A stretch of 64,000 bases of DNA from Candidatus Peregrinibacteria bacterium (GCA_016699515.1 CP064978.1:682554-746553); one strand, 5' to 3'; shown: positions 1-11,457, counted from the first letter of the stretch. Notes: a model not told the origin generated them from the sequence alone. Made by a program: numbers and translations.

Positions 1-599
1 ATTTCTTTCGAAATCGAGTGCCGATCGGCTCCTTTTGATAGCAATTTAGCGGCAACTCTCAACACTTCGGCTGATGTGTTTGAGTGCATAAAACTGCCGG
101 TGTCGGTGTAAATTCCCGTGAGCAGAGCCGTGGCGGCAACACGGTCGATTGTGTAATTGAGCATTTCGGCCATGTAATAAACCACCATGGTGGCCGATGC
201 CACCGTTGGCATCACCACGTTGTATTGCCCAAAATAGTCGTTGGAATAATGGTGGTCGATATTGATAAGAGGCAGGCTTTTATTAAATAACTCGGGATGA
301 CTTTCGTGCAACCCCGTTAGGTGAGTGGCACCCACATCGACCGAAATGTAAGCGTCATAATCCAATGTTAGCTCGGTTTGCTTGTATTCGCGAATATTGG
401 GCAAAAAGTTAAATTCAGACGGCATGCCGTCAATGCAGTAGAGTTCGGGGGATTTTCCTTGCCCCTTTAAAATATGATAGAGCGCCAGCGCGGATCCGAC
501 CGTGTCGCCATCCGGCGATCGGTGCGAGATGATTAAAATCCGTTGACTGGCTTCAATCAAGTTGCCTATTTTTTGTACTTCTTGTAGATCGGGTCGCAT
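1..599 (-). CDS. DHH-family phosphoesterase (NrnA/RecJ-like); N-terminal part only, the gene runs off the left edge
   Basis: Own minus-strand translation from the ATG at 597-599 gives MRPDLQEVQKIGNLIEASQRILIISHRSPDGDTVGSALALYHIL...NIDHHYSNDYFG. It carries the DGD and DHH motifs of the family. There is no stop inside the window, so it is absent from the ORF track. The 84..290 + ORF is its antisense shadow. Confidence 0.8.
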   Translation of the reverse strand, partial: MRPDLQEVQKIGNLIEASQRILIISHRSPDGDTVGSALALYHILKGQGKSPELYCIDGMPSEFNFLPNIREYKQTELTLDYDAYISVDVGATHLTGLHESHPELFNKSLPLINIDHHYSNDYFGQYNVVMPTVASATMVVYYMAEMLNYTIDRVAATALLTGIYTDTGSFMHSNTSAEVLRVAAKLLSKGADRHSISKE

Positions 600-780
600 T
601 TATTTTGTTTATAAAGAGTATGTCAAAATAGATCAACTCCGCTGTATTTTCAATCAAATGAGGTGGCTCTTTTTTAAGAATGTGGAATGGTACTACTTTG
701 GCCTTTCAAGAGCGTTGTAAGTTGTTGTATGTTAAGATTCACTTGATCATTTTTTTAACTTACTACTTAGCAACAAGAAC

Positions 781-1719
781 TTGATTCAATTAATCTTTAT
801 AGGAACGGGAGCGCACGGAGCGCCTTTGCTTAAAGCGCTCGCTAAGGATCCTCGGTTTAATATCGCTTTGGTGCTGACCGCCGAAGATAAGCCGGCCGGG
901 CGTAAAATGGATTTACACCCTTCGCCGATTAAGCAAGTCGCCCAGGCGCTTGGCTTGCCGCTCTATGAAACCGATTCGATTAATTCCGAAGCTAGTTTGG
1001 CCGTCCTAAAGGCAGCACAACCGGATATGATTTGTCTGATTTCGTACGGTCACATTTTAAAAACTCCGCTTTTGACCCTAGCTCCTTATGGAGCAATCAA
1101 TGTCCATCTTTCTTTGCTGCCGGCTTACCGCGGAGCATCGTGCTACCAGCAGGCGCTTTTGAATGGGGATACTGAAACGGGTATTACAGTAATGAAGATG
1201 GTTGAGGCGATGGACGCCGGCCCTATTGCACATCAACACCGCCTTGCAATCGATAACGAAGATAACGCTATTACGCTTCACGATAAATTAGCTGATCTTT
1301 CGGCGCATAACGTTCCCAACGACCTAGTGGCGATCGCTAAAGGAACGCTTGCCTTCATTCCGCAAGATGAATCCAAAGCCAGCTATTGCGGCAAAATCCA
1401 TAAATCCAGTGGTCAAATTATTTGGAGTGAGCCGGCCACAACTCTTCATAATCAGGTGCGTGCGTATGCGGGTTGGCCGGGCTCGTTTGCCTTTTGGAAT
1501 GAAAAGCGCTTGAAAGTTTTGAAAACCTCAACGAGAGAAGTCGTGGATAATAATCCGCGCCTTCTCGGACATGTAATCAAGCAAGAGGATTCCATTGTTG
1601 TGCAAACCGGAGCCGGGCTCTTGGAACTTTTGGAAGTGCAGATAGAGGGAAAAAACCCACAGTTGATTCAGCAATTTGTGAATGGGTACAAGGACTTTGT
1701 CGGCTCGACCCTTTCGTGA
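781..1719 (+). CDS. fmt: methionyl-tRNA formyltransferase
   Basis: 312-aa ORF with a TTG start. The formyltransferase core reads INVHLSLLPAYRGAS and is followed by an Fmt-type C-terminal domain. Length is typical. Confidence 0.9.
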   Translation: MIQLIFIGTGAHGAPLLKALAKDPRFNIALVLTAEDKPAGRKMDLHPSPIKQVAQALGLPLYETDSINSEASLAVLKAAQPDMICLISYGHILKTPLLTLAPYGAINVHLSLLPAYRGASCYQQALLNGDTETGITVMKMVEAMDAGPIAHQHRLAIDNEDNAITLHDKLADLSAHNVPNDLVAIAKGTLAFIPQDESKASYCGKIHKSSGQIIWSEPATTLHNQVRAYAGWPGSFAFWNEKRLKVLKTSTREVVDNNPRLLGHVIKQEDSIVVQTGAGLLELLEVQIEGKNPQLIQQFVNGYKDFVGSTLS

Positions 1720-1753
1720 TATAATCGGGTGGAAAACCTTAAACAAAAAGATT

Positions 1754-4398
1754 ATGTCACCATTTGATCGATTCACCCCGAACGCCAAACAAGCTCTAAG
1801 TAGCGCCGAAGAGGAATCTCGCAAGCAAGGGCTACCCTATATTGGCAGCGAACATTTACTGATCGGACTTTTAAGCAACCGCGCTCGCTAGCTTTTTCCA
1901 TTCTCACCGGTGCGGGCGTTTCTTTGGAAAACGTGCGCATGATTTTAAATTCAGCTTCCAATCAGGAACCCGAATCGAAGCGCGTGCAGCACGGACTTTC
2001 TTCGTATTTAACTCAAATTATTGAGCTTGCCGTGAAAGTGGCCCACAAGTATGGTCACCCGTTTGTTGGCACGGAACATCTTCTCTATTCACTGGTTTCT
2101 CAGGGCAAGTGCGCCGCCACTGTGATTTTAGAAAACATGCATGTTAATCCCGATGACTTTAAGGCTCAAATCGAGGACATGTTTGAACAGATGGCCAATG
2201 CCCGAAAAAAAGACGCTCAACAAGTCAATAATTCGTTGGATCGTTTTTTGCAGGGGTTGCAGGGAGCTATTTTTAATCCCGGTAGCAATGATTATTCCGA
2301 CGCTTATCAACATCGCGATGCCGGCCCAGGAGCCAAGCAGCCCCAAGGAAAAACTGCAAACCGTTCCAAGACCCCAGCCTTGGATTATTTTACCGACAAT
2401 CTGACTGAAAAATTTAAAAAAGGAGAAATTGACCCGATCATCGGTCGTGAAAAAGAGATCAAACGCATGATCCATATTTTGAATCGCAAAACGAAAAATA
2501 ACCCGGTGATCATTGGTGACCCCGGAGTTGGTAAAACCGCCATTGTGGAAGGCTTGGCCCAGGCGATTGTGGAAGAAAAAGTGCCGGATAGCTTGGCCAG
2601 CAAACAAATTCTATCACTTTCCATGAGTTCGGTGATTGCCGGCACCAAATATCGAGGGGAATTTGAAGAGCGCATGAAGAACATCATCGAAGAGGCTATG
2701 AAAGTTGAAAACGATATTATTTTGTTCATCGACGAAATTCACACCCTTTCGGGAACCGGTTCGGCGGAGGGCAGCTTGGACGCTGCCAATCTGCTTAAAC
2801 CCGGACTTTCTCGTGGGCAATTGCAAGTCATTGGGGCCACCACGATTGATGAATACCGCAAGCAAATTGAAAAAGACAAAGCTTTGGAGCGACGTTTTCA
2901 GCCGGTTATGGCCGATGAGCCAAGTTTAGAGGACAGCATCACCATTTTGAAAGGACTTAGAAACACCTACGAAACCTTTCATAATATTTCGATCACGAAC
3001 GAGGCACTCGAGGCTGCCGTTAAACTTTCGGACCGCTACATTACCGACCGCTTTTTGCCCGATAAAGCCATTGATTTGATCGATGAAACCGCGGCGCAAA
3101 TGGGGGCGCGATCGCAATACAACTCGCCGCTGATTCGTAAAGAGAAAGAAAAGATTTCTAAAATAGAAAAGCAAATAGAAAAGCATGTATACGAGCAGAA
3201 TTACGAAGAGGCCTCTAAATTGAAAGAAAAAAAGGAGGAAATCAGCAAAAAGATAGAAGCCATTAAAAAGGAAAGTCAAAACCGAACCAAGCGCGCGCGC
3301 ATGAATGAAAATGACATCGCCAAAACAGTGGGTCGTATCACCGGTATTCCTGTGGCACGATTGATGAAAGACGAAAGCAAAAAGCTTCAGGATTTGGAAT
3401 CGATTTTACACAAGAGCATTGTGGGCCAAAAAGAGGCGGTGAGCGAGGTTTCCAAAGCCATTCGCCGCGCCCGTGTGGGCATTGCCAACCAAAAACGCCC
3501 GATTGGATCTTTTATATTTTTGGGCCCCACCGGAGTGGGAAAAACCGAATTGGTCAAAACACTTGCGCGCGAAGTGTATGACAATGAAAACGCTTTGATT
3601 AAGATCGATATGAGTGAATTCATGGAGCGCCACAATGTGTCGCGTTTGGTTGGTGCCACCGCTGGTTACGTGGGTTACGAAGACGGTGGCCAGCTTACCG
3701 AAGCAGTGCGTCGCAAACCCTACAGCGTGGTTTTGTTTGATGAAATTGAAAAAGCTCATCCCGAATTTTTCAACTTGCTCCTTCAGGTTTTGGAAGATGG
3801 CTATTTAACCGACTCTAAAGGAACAAAGGTGGATTTTACCAATACCATCATTATTATGACCAGTAATATTGGTGCGGACCAGCTGACTAAAGAGGCGGTT
3901 AAAATTGGCTTTGCGCTCACCGACGACACCCTTAAAAAGGCGGAAGACGACTTTAAAGATAAAAAGTCCGAAGTGCTAAAGAAACTGAAGGAAACGATGC
4001 GTCCCGAATTTTTAAACCGCATCGACCGCGTTATGGTTTTTGAACCCTTGAAAAAAGAGGATGTGCAAGAGATTGTTCGTTTGCAGGTTGCTGACCTTAA
4101 TAAGCGATTGAAAGAGCAGCATATTCAAGTAGAATTAAGTGCGGAGGCAGTTGAACTGCTGGCCAAGCTGAGCTACGAACCAGAATATGGGGCACGGCCC
4201 GTGCGCCGAAAAATACAGGACTTAGTTGAAGATCCTATTGCTGAGCGAATTTTGACCGGTGAGTTTCGCTCGGAAGATACCGTGCGCATTGGCACTTTGC
4301 CCGATAAAGAAGAACTGACCTTTGTGAGCACCCGACTGCATGTTAAACCCAAAGTGGTAAAAAAAACCACCAAGGCTGATAAAGCTGCCACTCACTAA
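1754..4398 (+). CDS. clpC: ClpC/ClpB-type AAA+ chaperone ATPase with an apparent frameshift near 1880-1888
   Basis: It has two Clp N-repeats ([10 protein letters not shown] and [10 protein letters not shown]). The Walker A motifs are GDPGVGKT and GPTGVGKT; the Walker B motifs are LFIDEIH and [11 protein letters not shown] coiled-coil middle domain is present. Codons 1-45 (1754..1891) are in frame 2 and the rest (1924..4398) is in frame 1. Adding 1 nt around cgcgct restores ...[23 protein letters not shown]. Confidence 0.85.
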
Positions 4399-4412
4399 TA
4401 TAAATGGTCCAC

Positions 4413-4450
4413 AAAAAAGCGAGGCCGCACAATGTGGGCCTCGCTTTTTT
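4413..4450. terminator. bidirectional intrinsic terminator between convergent genes
   Basis: The stem GCGAGGCC (4419-4426) pairs with GGCCTCGC (4437-4444). It is flanked by an A-run on one side and a T-run on the other. Confidence 0.7.
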
Positions 4451-4457
4451 ATCATGT

Positions 4458-5078
4458 TTACGCTGCGGACTGATCGCCAGCGGAGCCTTCGCTGTTGGCG
4501 GCGGGTGGCATTCCCCCCATCAGCATCTGTTTCAGTCGTTCGGCTTCTTCTTGTTCTTTTTGAACGGCGGTTTTTTCTTCTTCTTGTTGTTCCAAGGTTT
4601 GCCAATTATTGGCGTGTTCGGCTTCGAGCTTAGCTACTTCTTCGGCATGCTTTTGCTCTAATTCGCTAAATTTTTGTTGCTCTTCACGGAAAATTTTCAT
4701 CAATTCATCAATTTGGTATTGCGAAAGTTGTGGAACCGCGTTGATGATGTTGCGTTTTTCGTTGATGGTGAGCGAAATAGACCCGGCAAGCAGTTGCAAA
4801 AATTCTTGATCGTTGAATTGAGTGTTGGGGTGAGCAGGAACTTTTACGCTGCTCATAAAAGCGGCTTGTTCGTCTTTATTTCCGGCATTCTGAACCAAAG
4901 AACTAATGTCGACGTTTTCTTCCATAATGCCACCCATGTTAGATTGAGCACCGGGTTGTGAACCGGGTTGTGGAGTGCCAGGCGCTGGAGGAGTTGGTGG
5001 AGTTGGTGGAGTTGGAGGGGTTGGTTGAGATCCTCCTGCATTTGATTGATCTTGAGCTGGATTGGTCGGGTCAAACAT
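4458..5078 (-). CDS. hypothetical protein with a Pro/Thr-rich N-terminus and a coiled-coil C-terminus
   Basis: The ORF was trimmed to the internal start MFDPTNPAQ. It contains a PTPPTPPTPPTPPAPGTPQPG low-complexity stretch and a KLEAEH/EQQEEEK heptad-like tail. No family was recognised. Confidence 0.5.
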   Translation of the reverse strand: MFDPTNPAQDQSNAGGSQPTPPTPPTPPTPPAPGTPQPGSQPGAQSNMGGIMEENVDISSLVQNAGNKDEQAAFMSSVKVPAHPNTQFNDQEFLQLLAGSISLTINEKRNIINAVPQLSQYQIDELMKIFREEQQKFSELEQKHAEEVAKLEAEHANNWQTLEQQEEEKTAVQKEQEEAERLKQMLMGGMPPAANSEGSAGDQSAA

Positions 5079-5235
5079 ATAGTATTGAAAAGTTAGTATG
5101 ATCACGAACACTCTACCATTCGGCCTTGGAACTTGCAAATTGAATCCCTTTGGCTTTTTTTACTTTTGATTGCAGTTGTGCCTGCCGTTTACTATTCTTA
5201 AATAAACTCATTCTCGATATTCCTAAAAAACGTTT

Positions 5236-5493
5236 ATGAACGAACTTCGCAAACAAATTGATCTTGTGGACCAACAAATTGTTCACCTGATGGCTGAGCG
5301 CTTTAAGCTGTCGCAACAGATTGCTGATTTCAAACGGACTCAAGGCCTTAGCCTGCGCGATAAAGCGCGTGAAGCTGAATTGATTGAACGACTCGTTTCT
5401 TATGGCAAAAAAGAACACCTTTCGCGCCCTTTCATTCATAAATTATACGAACGTATTTTGATTGAAGCCCGTCGTCTGCAACGCTCACGCTAA
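5236..5493 (+). CDS. chorismate mutase (AroQ class, monofunctional)
   Basis: 85 aa. The sequence LRKQIDLVDQQIVHLMAERFKLSQQIADFKR...RDKAREAELIERL shows the classic AroQ helix pattern. Confidence 0.8.
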   Translation: MNELRKQIDLVDQQIVHLMAERFKLSQQIADFKRTQGLSLRDKAREAELIERLVSYGKKEHLSRPFIHKLYERILIEARRLQRSR

Positions 5494-5923
5494 TTGATAG
5501 GCGGCAATTCCAAAAGCCACCGACACATTCAGTGATTGCTTGGATCCCCGCATGGGAATCTCGATCGCGTGATCGCATTGTTTCAGAATGTTCGGGTCGA
5601 CCCCTTCAATTTCATTGCCCACCACCAAACACAAAGGTTGATTGGTTTTTAATTGGCGATAGTCGATGCTGGTTTTGGTTTGTTCCAAGGCCACCAGCAC
5701 TCTCCCCTCTTTTTTTAACCGTTCAATGGCGTCCATTGCATCAATATAATATTCCCATTCAACCGACTCTTCGGCGCCGATGGCGGTTTTGGTGATCTCT
5801 TCGCCTTGGGGGGAATCCGGTTTGACCGCATAAATAAATTTTTTCCACCCCGGCTCCGTCGGAAGTTCTGAAGATGGATCCCACGTTGTGAAGCGACCGA
5901 ATGTTGTTGAGTAAAACGACCAC
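5485..5923 (-). CDS. SpoU/TrmH-family RNA 2'-O-methyltransferase, frameshifted at a G6 run (5808-5813)
   Basis: The N-part was found by own translation from the GTG at 5923: [33 protein letters not shown]. The C-part is the tracked ORF 5485..5736 ([12 protein letters not shown]...[22 protein letters not shown]). Removing one C/G in the run joins them as ...[23 protein letters not shown]. Confidence 0.75.
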
Positions 5924-5957
5924 CTTACTTAGTTAAGAATTAAGAGTTAAGAGTTGT

Positions 5958-7210
5958 TTATCTGGCTCTAATTTGGCCGGTGCCGGTCACCTTGTATTTA
6001 TAGCTCGTCAATTCTTTAAGCCCCATGGGCCCACGCGCGTGTAGCTTTTGAGTTGAGATGCCGATCTCTGCCCCTAGTCCAAATTCCGATCCATCGGTAA
6101 AGCCGGTCGAGGCATTGGCGTACACAGCGGCCGCGTCGATACGGTTTAAAAATGTTTCGATGACCGACGGATCTTCGGCTACAATCGCTTCGCTGTGTTT
6201 GGATGAATGCGCCGTGATATGATCGATCGCTTCTTCTGAACTTGCAACTGTTTTAACCGACAATTTGAGTGATAAAAACTCGGTGCCGTAGTATTCGGGT
6301 GTTGCTGTCTTTAATAGTTCCTGGGGGTAATGGCTAGCCAGGGCTTTGTAACTCGCTTCGTCGGCAAACACCACGACATGATCGTTGGCACAGCGTGAAA
6401 GTATCTTAGGCAAATCCACTAGTTTATCTTGATGAATCACGAGCGTGTCCAGGGAATTGCAAACCGCAGGATTACGCACTTTGCTATTCCACACGATCAT
6501 TTCAGCTTTGTCAGAATCAGCCGAGGCATCAACATAAACGTGCACAATCCCTGCCCCTGTTTCGATCACCGGAACTTTGGCGTGCTCACGAACATACCGA
6601 ATTAAATCCGCGCTGCCGCGGGGAATGATCAGATCAACCCAGTCTGTCGCGGTCATTAAAGCCTGTGCATCCTCACGACTGGCTCCCAACAAATGCACGC
6701 TGTTTGGGTCTATTTGATGCAACTGGAGCACGTGGCGAATGATTTTTACGATGGCTTGATTACTGGCTTCGGCGTCGCTTCCTCCTTTTAAAACGCAGGC
6801 ATTCCCCGACTTAAAACACAGCGCAAACACGTCGGCGGTTACGTTGGGGCGTGCTTCGTAAATCACACCGACCACTCCAATGGGTACGCTCACTTTTTTA
6901 AGCGCTAAGCCGCTTTTAACGTACGTTCTTCGAGAATTTGATCCAGCGGACTTTCGAGCGTGGCGACTTGCTTTATATCGTGGCAAATGGACGCAATTTT
7001 GGATTCAGTGAGTTCGAGTCGTAGGTATTTTGGATCGGTTTTATCCATGCGAGCGCAGTCTTTTTGATTTTCGGTCAACAAATGATTACGCTGGTTCCAT
7101 AGTTCGTCGGCGACGCCGATGAGCACTTGATTAACGCTATCGACCGACAAATTGGCTAAGCTTCGACTGGCTTTTTTTACGCTTCCTAATTGTTGATTGA
7201 ATGAGTTCAT
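5958..7210 (-). CDS. proA: gamma-glutamyl phosphate reductase, split by one frameshift near 6910-6925
   Basis: The ORFs 6905..7210 and 5958..6986 overlap in different frames. The junction reads LEERTLK|[26 protein letters not shown] if an A4 run is A5. The aldehyde-dehydrogenase-like core is present. Confidence 0.85.
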
Positions 7211-8028
7211 TGGCTGAGTTCGCTATTACGATCGAGGGCTTTTTGCATGGCATCCGCAAAAATTTCTTCTAATCCGCTGGCTTTCATATGGCTGATGGCC
7301 GCTTCGGTTAATCCCCCTTTGCAGGCCACCGAGTCGGCGCATTCCTGGGACGACATCGTAACCGAACTCATCCAGGCCGCTGCTCCTTTCAAGGTTTGCT
7401 TGACCATCGCTTCGGCGCTTTGATCGGAAAATCCATACGACTTTGCCCTTGCCGCCATGATGTGCGCAAAAAAAGCGAAATATCCCGGTCCGCAGCCCGA
7501 AATGACCGTTAACTGATTGAGCTGATCTTCTGTTGCGCATGCCACCGTTTGCCCCATTGTTTTAAGCAGCTTGCTTATCTTTTGACTATGGCTTGGATCG
7601 AGCTGACTTGAACCGACCCAGCCAATCACCCCTTCGCCCACCGACACGGGTAGGTTGGGCATTGCTCGAATGACCTGATCTGAGCCGGTTTTTTGTTGGA
7701 GTTGATCGAGCGTAATTCCGGCCATGATCGAAAAAATCAATTTGTTTTTTAGCCGGTCGCCCAATGATTTCATTAGTTCATCAAAACCTTGCGGCTTAAC
7801 GGCCAAAATTACCCAATCGGCGCTTTCGACGAATTTTATGATATCTGTAGAGCCGATGAAGGCGCGATTGATCAATCGCGCCTTCTCGGCGAGAACGTCT
7901 ATTTTTTCCTGATTGCGGTCGCTCACCCACACATGGTCGGCGTCGACGGCGTGGCTGAGCCCGTTATAGAACGCACGACCCATATTGCCGGCACCGATGA
8001 TTAGAATTTTTGGGTTTAATGAATCCAT
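7207..8028 (-). CDS. proC: pyrroline-5-carboxylate reductase
   Basis: The start was trimmed to MDSLNPKILIIGAGNMGRAF, a Rossmann GxGxxG motif. The C-terminal P5CR dimerisation region is present, and the gene is embedded between proB and proA. Confidence 0.85.
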   Translation of the reverse strand: MDSLNPKILIIGAGNMGRAFYNGLSHAVDADHVWVSDRNQEKIDVLAEKARLINRAFIGSTDIIKFVESADWVILAVKPQGFDELMKSLGDRLKNKLIFSIMAGITLDQLQQKTGSDQVIRAMPNLPVSVGEGVIGWVGSSQLDPSHSQKISKLLKTMGQTVACATEDQLNQLTVISGCGPGYFAFFAHIMAARAKSYGFSDQSAEAMVKQTLKGAAAWMSSVTMSSQECADSVACKGGLTEAAISHMKASGLEEIFADAMQKALDRNSELSQ

Positions 8029-9067
8029 AAATAGTCGTAATGAATGAGGGGTTTTTGATCTTTTTGTTCGCAAACGGAGCGCGCTTTTTTATCGCCATAC
8101 TGCGCGATTCCCATGCCCAATTCTCGTCCGCTTTTATCGGTGATTTTGATCAAATCTCCTTTTTTAAAATGCCCCTTCACACTGGTAACGCCCACCGGCA
8201 ACAAGCTAACGGATTTGGTGCGATCCATCAGCACGTCGACAGCCCGATCGTTTACTGTGACCACTCCTTTTTCTTGATCGCTACTGTGCGCCAACCATTT
8301 TTTAATGTTCTTGGTTTTTTTACTGGCAACAAAGATCGTACCAACGGCTTCTCCCGCTTGGGCCTTAAGAATAATTTGATCGGTTTGACCGTTGAGAATA
8401 TAGGTAACCACGCCCAATTGCGCCAGTTTTTTGGCGATGCGACACTTGGTTTGCATGCCTCCTCGGCCGAATTGTGAGGTTCCTTGAGTGATGTGCCGCT
8501 CGATCGGATCGCTTTTGCTGTCAACCCGCCGGATCACTTGACCTGTGCTATCCAAAACCCGTCCACCGAGGTGAGTAAAAATAAGGCGTTCACACTGAGC
8601 ATTGCGGCGATCAACCCGGCCAGTTCGTCGTTATCGGTAAACATCAATTCACTGATCGAGGTGACGTCATTTTCATTGATGATGGGAATGACCTGATCAT
8701 GAAGCAGCCCCTCCAAACAGTTTTTCATGTTCAAATAGTGACTACGATCACGAAAATCTTCTTTGGTGGCCAGCACTTGTGCGCACAATAATTGCCGCTC
8801 CGAAAACAGTCGATCGTATACTTCGATCAAGCGCGTTTGACCAATGGCGGCCAGCATTTGGCGCTGCAGCACTTTGCTGGCTTTTGCGGGCAGCGAAATG
8901 AGCGAGCGCCCTGCAGCCATAGCCCCCGAAGACACTAAAATGACCTGAATTCCTTGTTTTTTCAGCTCGGCCACTTGCTGCACCAGCGAATGAAGTACAT
9001 CATGATTCAAAAGCCCGTCCGGCTTTGTAATGACGTTGGTCCCAATTTTGATGACGAAACGTTCCAT
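8016..9067 (-). CDS. proB: glutamate 5-kinase with a PUA domain, split by one frameshift near 8548-8556
   Basis: ORF 8534..9067 carries the kinase domain (VIKIGTNVIT, VILVSSGAMAAG). ORF 8016..8555 carries the C-terminal part plus PUA. The frames join as ...LLTSVDGVLDSTGQVIRRV if GGG is GGGG. Confidence 0.85.
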
Positions 9068-10365
9068 TATTTAAGAAGATACATGGCATTCGGGTTGTAC
9101 CAAATTTTGCTTTCGATCATTTGGTCAATCAAGGCATCATCTGCCCCTTCCACCTCCCAAAATACTCCGGGTTTCATGGTTTCGATCCTTCCGTTCAAAT
9201 ACACATTGAGCGTATTTTTTTTGTAGTCGCCCAAAAAATCTTTTTGGTCGGCGGCGACCACGTGATGAGTCGATTTGAAATCGGAGGGCTTTAGCCCGAC
9301 CCCTTTTTCGTATTCATACATTTGTCCGTCGATCCGAACGTAAACGATCTCTTTGTTCAAATTGGCCAATTCACCGGATTCGATGATTGCCTCGGCGGCG
9401 GCTTTTTTGTCGTCGTTCGACTTTAGATTGATGGCCCAGTACTGATAGCGCTTCAGCTTGGCATCGAATCCTTTGCGCTTAAACGTCATTTCTACGGTGC
9501 GCTCGGCGTTGTCCACAATGATCAAACGGATCAGGAATTCCAAATCGGCTTGGGGGAGCTGACGAATGTCATCGCGAGTTTCGTGGGTTCCCAATGGCTT
9601 GTATTCGGCCCGGGTGCGATTTTCGATCCACTTTTTAATGGACTGAAAAATCTGGTTTCCGTTCCCGCGCGGATCGCGTTCGGGGTGCGGCATGATCGCC
9701 ATTACGTTTCCAGCTGGATTACACAAGGCCGCAATCGCTTCGGTCGCTCCATTGGGCGTGAACGGATATTCGGCATGAACCGCGCCGGCTTCGTTAGAAT
9801 ACTGGAATACGATTTGATCGTTTTGCTTGAGTTGCTCCAGAACAGCGGGATCTTTAAAAATAAAACGTCCTTCGCCGTGAGCGAACGGAACATGAATCAG
9901 TTCGTCGAAGTTGTTGAATGCGCAGCGGCCTTTGGGGGCCACGTTTTTTAGATAGGCCCAGTTGCAGTAATATCCGGTTTTGACCACGCGACCGTTTTGC
10001 ACCATTTCGTTTGCTGCCAAACTAACGGCCACGTCGTAGTTATCAAACCCGGGAATCATGCCGGTTTCGACCAGCACTTGTGCTCCATTACAAATTCCCA
10101 GCACCACTTTGCCCGCTTCGGCTTCTTTTTTAATCACGTCCATGATCGGGTTTTGGGCGGCAATCACCCCACTGCGACTGCGGTCTTCGTAACTGAATCC
10201 CCCGGCAATGCAATACCCGTCAAATTCGCTTAAACGGCTGCCATCCAACATTTTTGGATCGTTCCACAACACCATTTCGGCGTCCATTCCGTTGCGCTTA
10301 AACGCACGAACGTTTTCTTCTTCACAGTTGGTTCCGGGGAACGAAATAACGGCAAACTTGATCAT
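9067..10365 (-). CDS. purQ: FGAM synthase glutaminase subunit PurQ fused to two PurS-like repeats
   Basis: The start was trimmed to MIKFAVISFPGTNCEEE. The class-I amidotransferase motifs are GICNGAQVL and MPHPER. The C-terminal 170 aa or so contain two PurS-like units, ending ...ELANLNKEIVYV and ...IWYNPNAMYLL. Confidence 0.75.
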   Translation of the reverse strand: MIKFAVISFPGTNCEEENVRAFKRNGMDAEMVLWNDPKMLDGSRLSEFDGYCIAGGFSYEDRSRSGVIAAQNPIMDVIKKEAEAGKVVLGICNGAQVLVETGMIPGFDNYDVAVSLAANEMVQNGRVVKTGYYCNWAYLKNVAPKGRCAFNNFDELIHVPFAHGEGRFIFKDPAVLEQLKQNDQIVFQYSNEAGAVHAEYPFTPNGATEAIAALCNPAGNVMAIMPHPERDPRGNGNQIFQSIKKWIENRTRAEYKPLGTHETRDDIRQLPQADLEFLIRLIIVDNAERTVEMTFKRKGFDAKLKRYQYWAINLKSNDDKKAAAEAIIESGELANLNKEIVYVRIDGQMYEYEKGVGLKPSDFKSTHHVVAADQKDFLGDYKKNTLNVYLNGRIETMKPGVFWEVEGADDALIDQMIESKIWYNPNAMYLLK

Positions 10366-10468
10366 AGGGTTGGTAAATGTAAGGACATTTTTACGATACG
10401 ACAAAAAAAAGCTCTTGTCACCCCGAATAAAGGGGGCGTAGAATGGTAGACAAGATAAAAAAATAATT

Positions 10469-10864
10469 ATGTTACAGCACGCCCTAGCTGAGCAAACATC
10501 ACCGGATCCACTTTTGGAAAGACTTTACCGTGTTCCGAAATTACAAGAGCAGCCATTGATTGATATGGCCGCTGCTTTGCGGGAGCGATTTAAGCAATAT
10601 CTTGATGTCCGGAGAACAACGGATTCTATTACTGTTATGCGGAATTTATTGGAACAGACTGAATTAGGCGATCGAGCTGTTAGAGCAAGTTTGAACATGG
10701 CCTTGGCTGCCGGCCATGCCGTTCTTAGAGGTACTTCCGAGGAGCAGTTGCGTATTCTTAGAGATTTGGGATTTGATGCGCAAAATACCTGGCTTGTGTT
10801 GGTTGGGCTCCGCTTGGCATGTGACCATCTGCTTTCTGAAGAAAAAATGGAGCGTGCTGCCTAG
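10469..10864 (+). CDS. hypothetical protein
   Basis: 131-aa ORF with no recognisable motif. Confidence 0.4.
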   Translation: MLQHALAEQTSPDPLLERLYRVPKLQEQPLIDMAAALRERFKQYLDVRRTTDSITVMRNLLEQTELGDRAVRASLNMALAAGHAVLRGTSEEQLRILRDLGFDAQNTWLVLVGLRLACDHLLSEEKMERAA

Positions 10865-11457
10865 TTTTTTGGAGCAAACTGCCTAGCTACGGTGAGCCCG
10901 TATATTTTTTGAAAGCTGCATTCTTTTAAAATTTGTGCGGCGTTTTCAAGCGTGGAGCCGGTGGTGCATACGTCGTCGACCAAAAAGTAGAGCGTGTTGG
11001 GGTTTTGCTCGCGCGAGTTTTTTGGATTGAGTGCAAAGGCGTCTTTTAAATTTTGGTGACGATCGATTTTTTTAAGTTTGGCTTGTTGACTGGTGTACTT
11101 GGTGCGAACGAGCCACGGTTCGATTCGAATCGAAGGTCGTTTTTTTTGAATCGCCTTTGCGATCACTTCGGATTGATTAAACCCACGCTCGTTCAATCGT
11201 TTTTTGTGGAGCGGAATGGGGATAAGAACAATCGTGCGGTTTTGAGCCATTTTAAGTTCGTCGAGCTTTTCAAGCATCCCGTCGGCGAAATAATCGGCCA
11301 GCTCTTGGGTAAATTTGTATTTGAATTGTTGAATCGCTGCTTTAATTTGTGGATTTTCGGCGTAATCCAGCGCGTAAATCACTCCGTCCAAATGTTCCCA
11401 TTCGTAACTCGGTGGGCCGAATGTGTTTGGATATTTTTTGTTTTTTAAATTCTGCAA
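10861..11457 (-). CDS. ComF-family phosphoribosyltransferase-domain protein
   Basis: It has the RGFNQSE motif and a PRTase loop, YFLVDDVCTTGSTL. Confidence 0.75.
   Translation of the reverse strand: MQNLKNKKYPNTFGPPSYEWEHLDGVIYALDYAENPQIKAAIQQFKYKFTQELADYFADGMLEKLDELKMAQNRTIVLIPIPLHKKRLNERGFNQSEVIAKAIQKKRPSIRIEPWLVRTKYTSQQAKLKKIDRHQNLKDAFALNPKNSREQNPNTLYFLVDDVCTTGSTLENAAQILKECSFQKIYGLTVARQFAPKN

Noticed and set aside
5958-9067. Calling proB, proA and other housekeeping genes true pseudogenes, implying a decaying genome.
   Set aside because: Each break is repaired by a single-nucleotide change in or beside a short homopolymer. The encoded domains are otherwise intact and well conserved. Consensus error is the simpler explanation until reads are checked.
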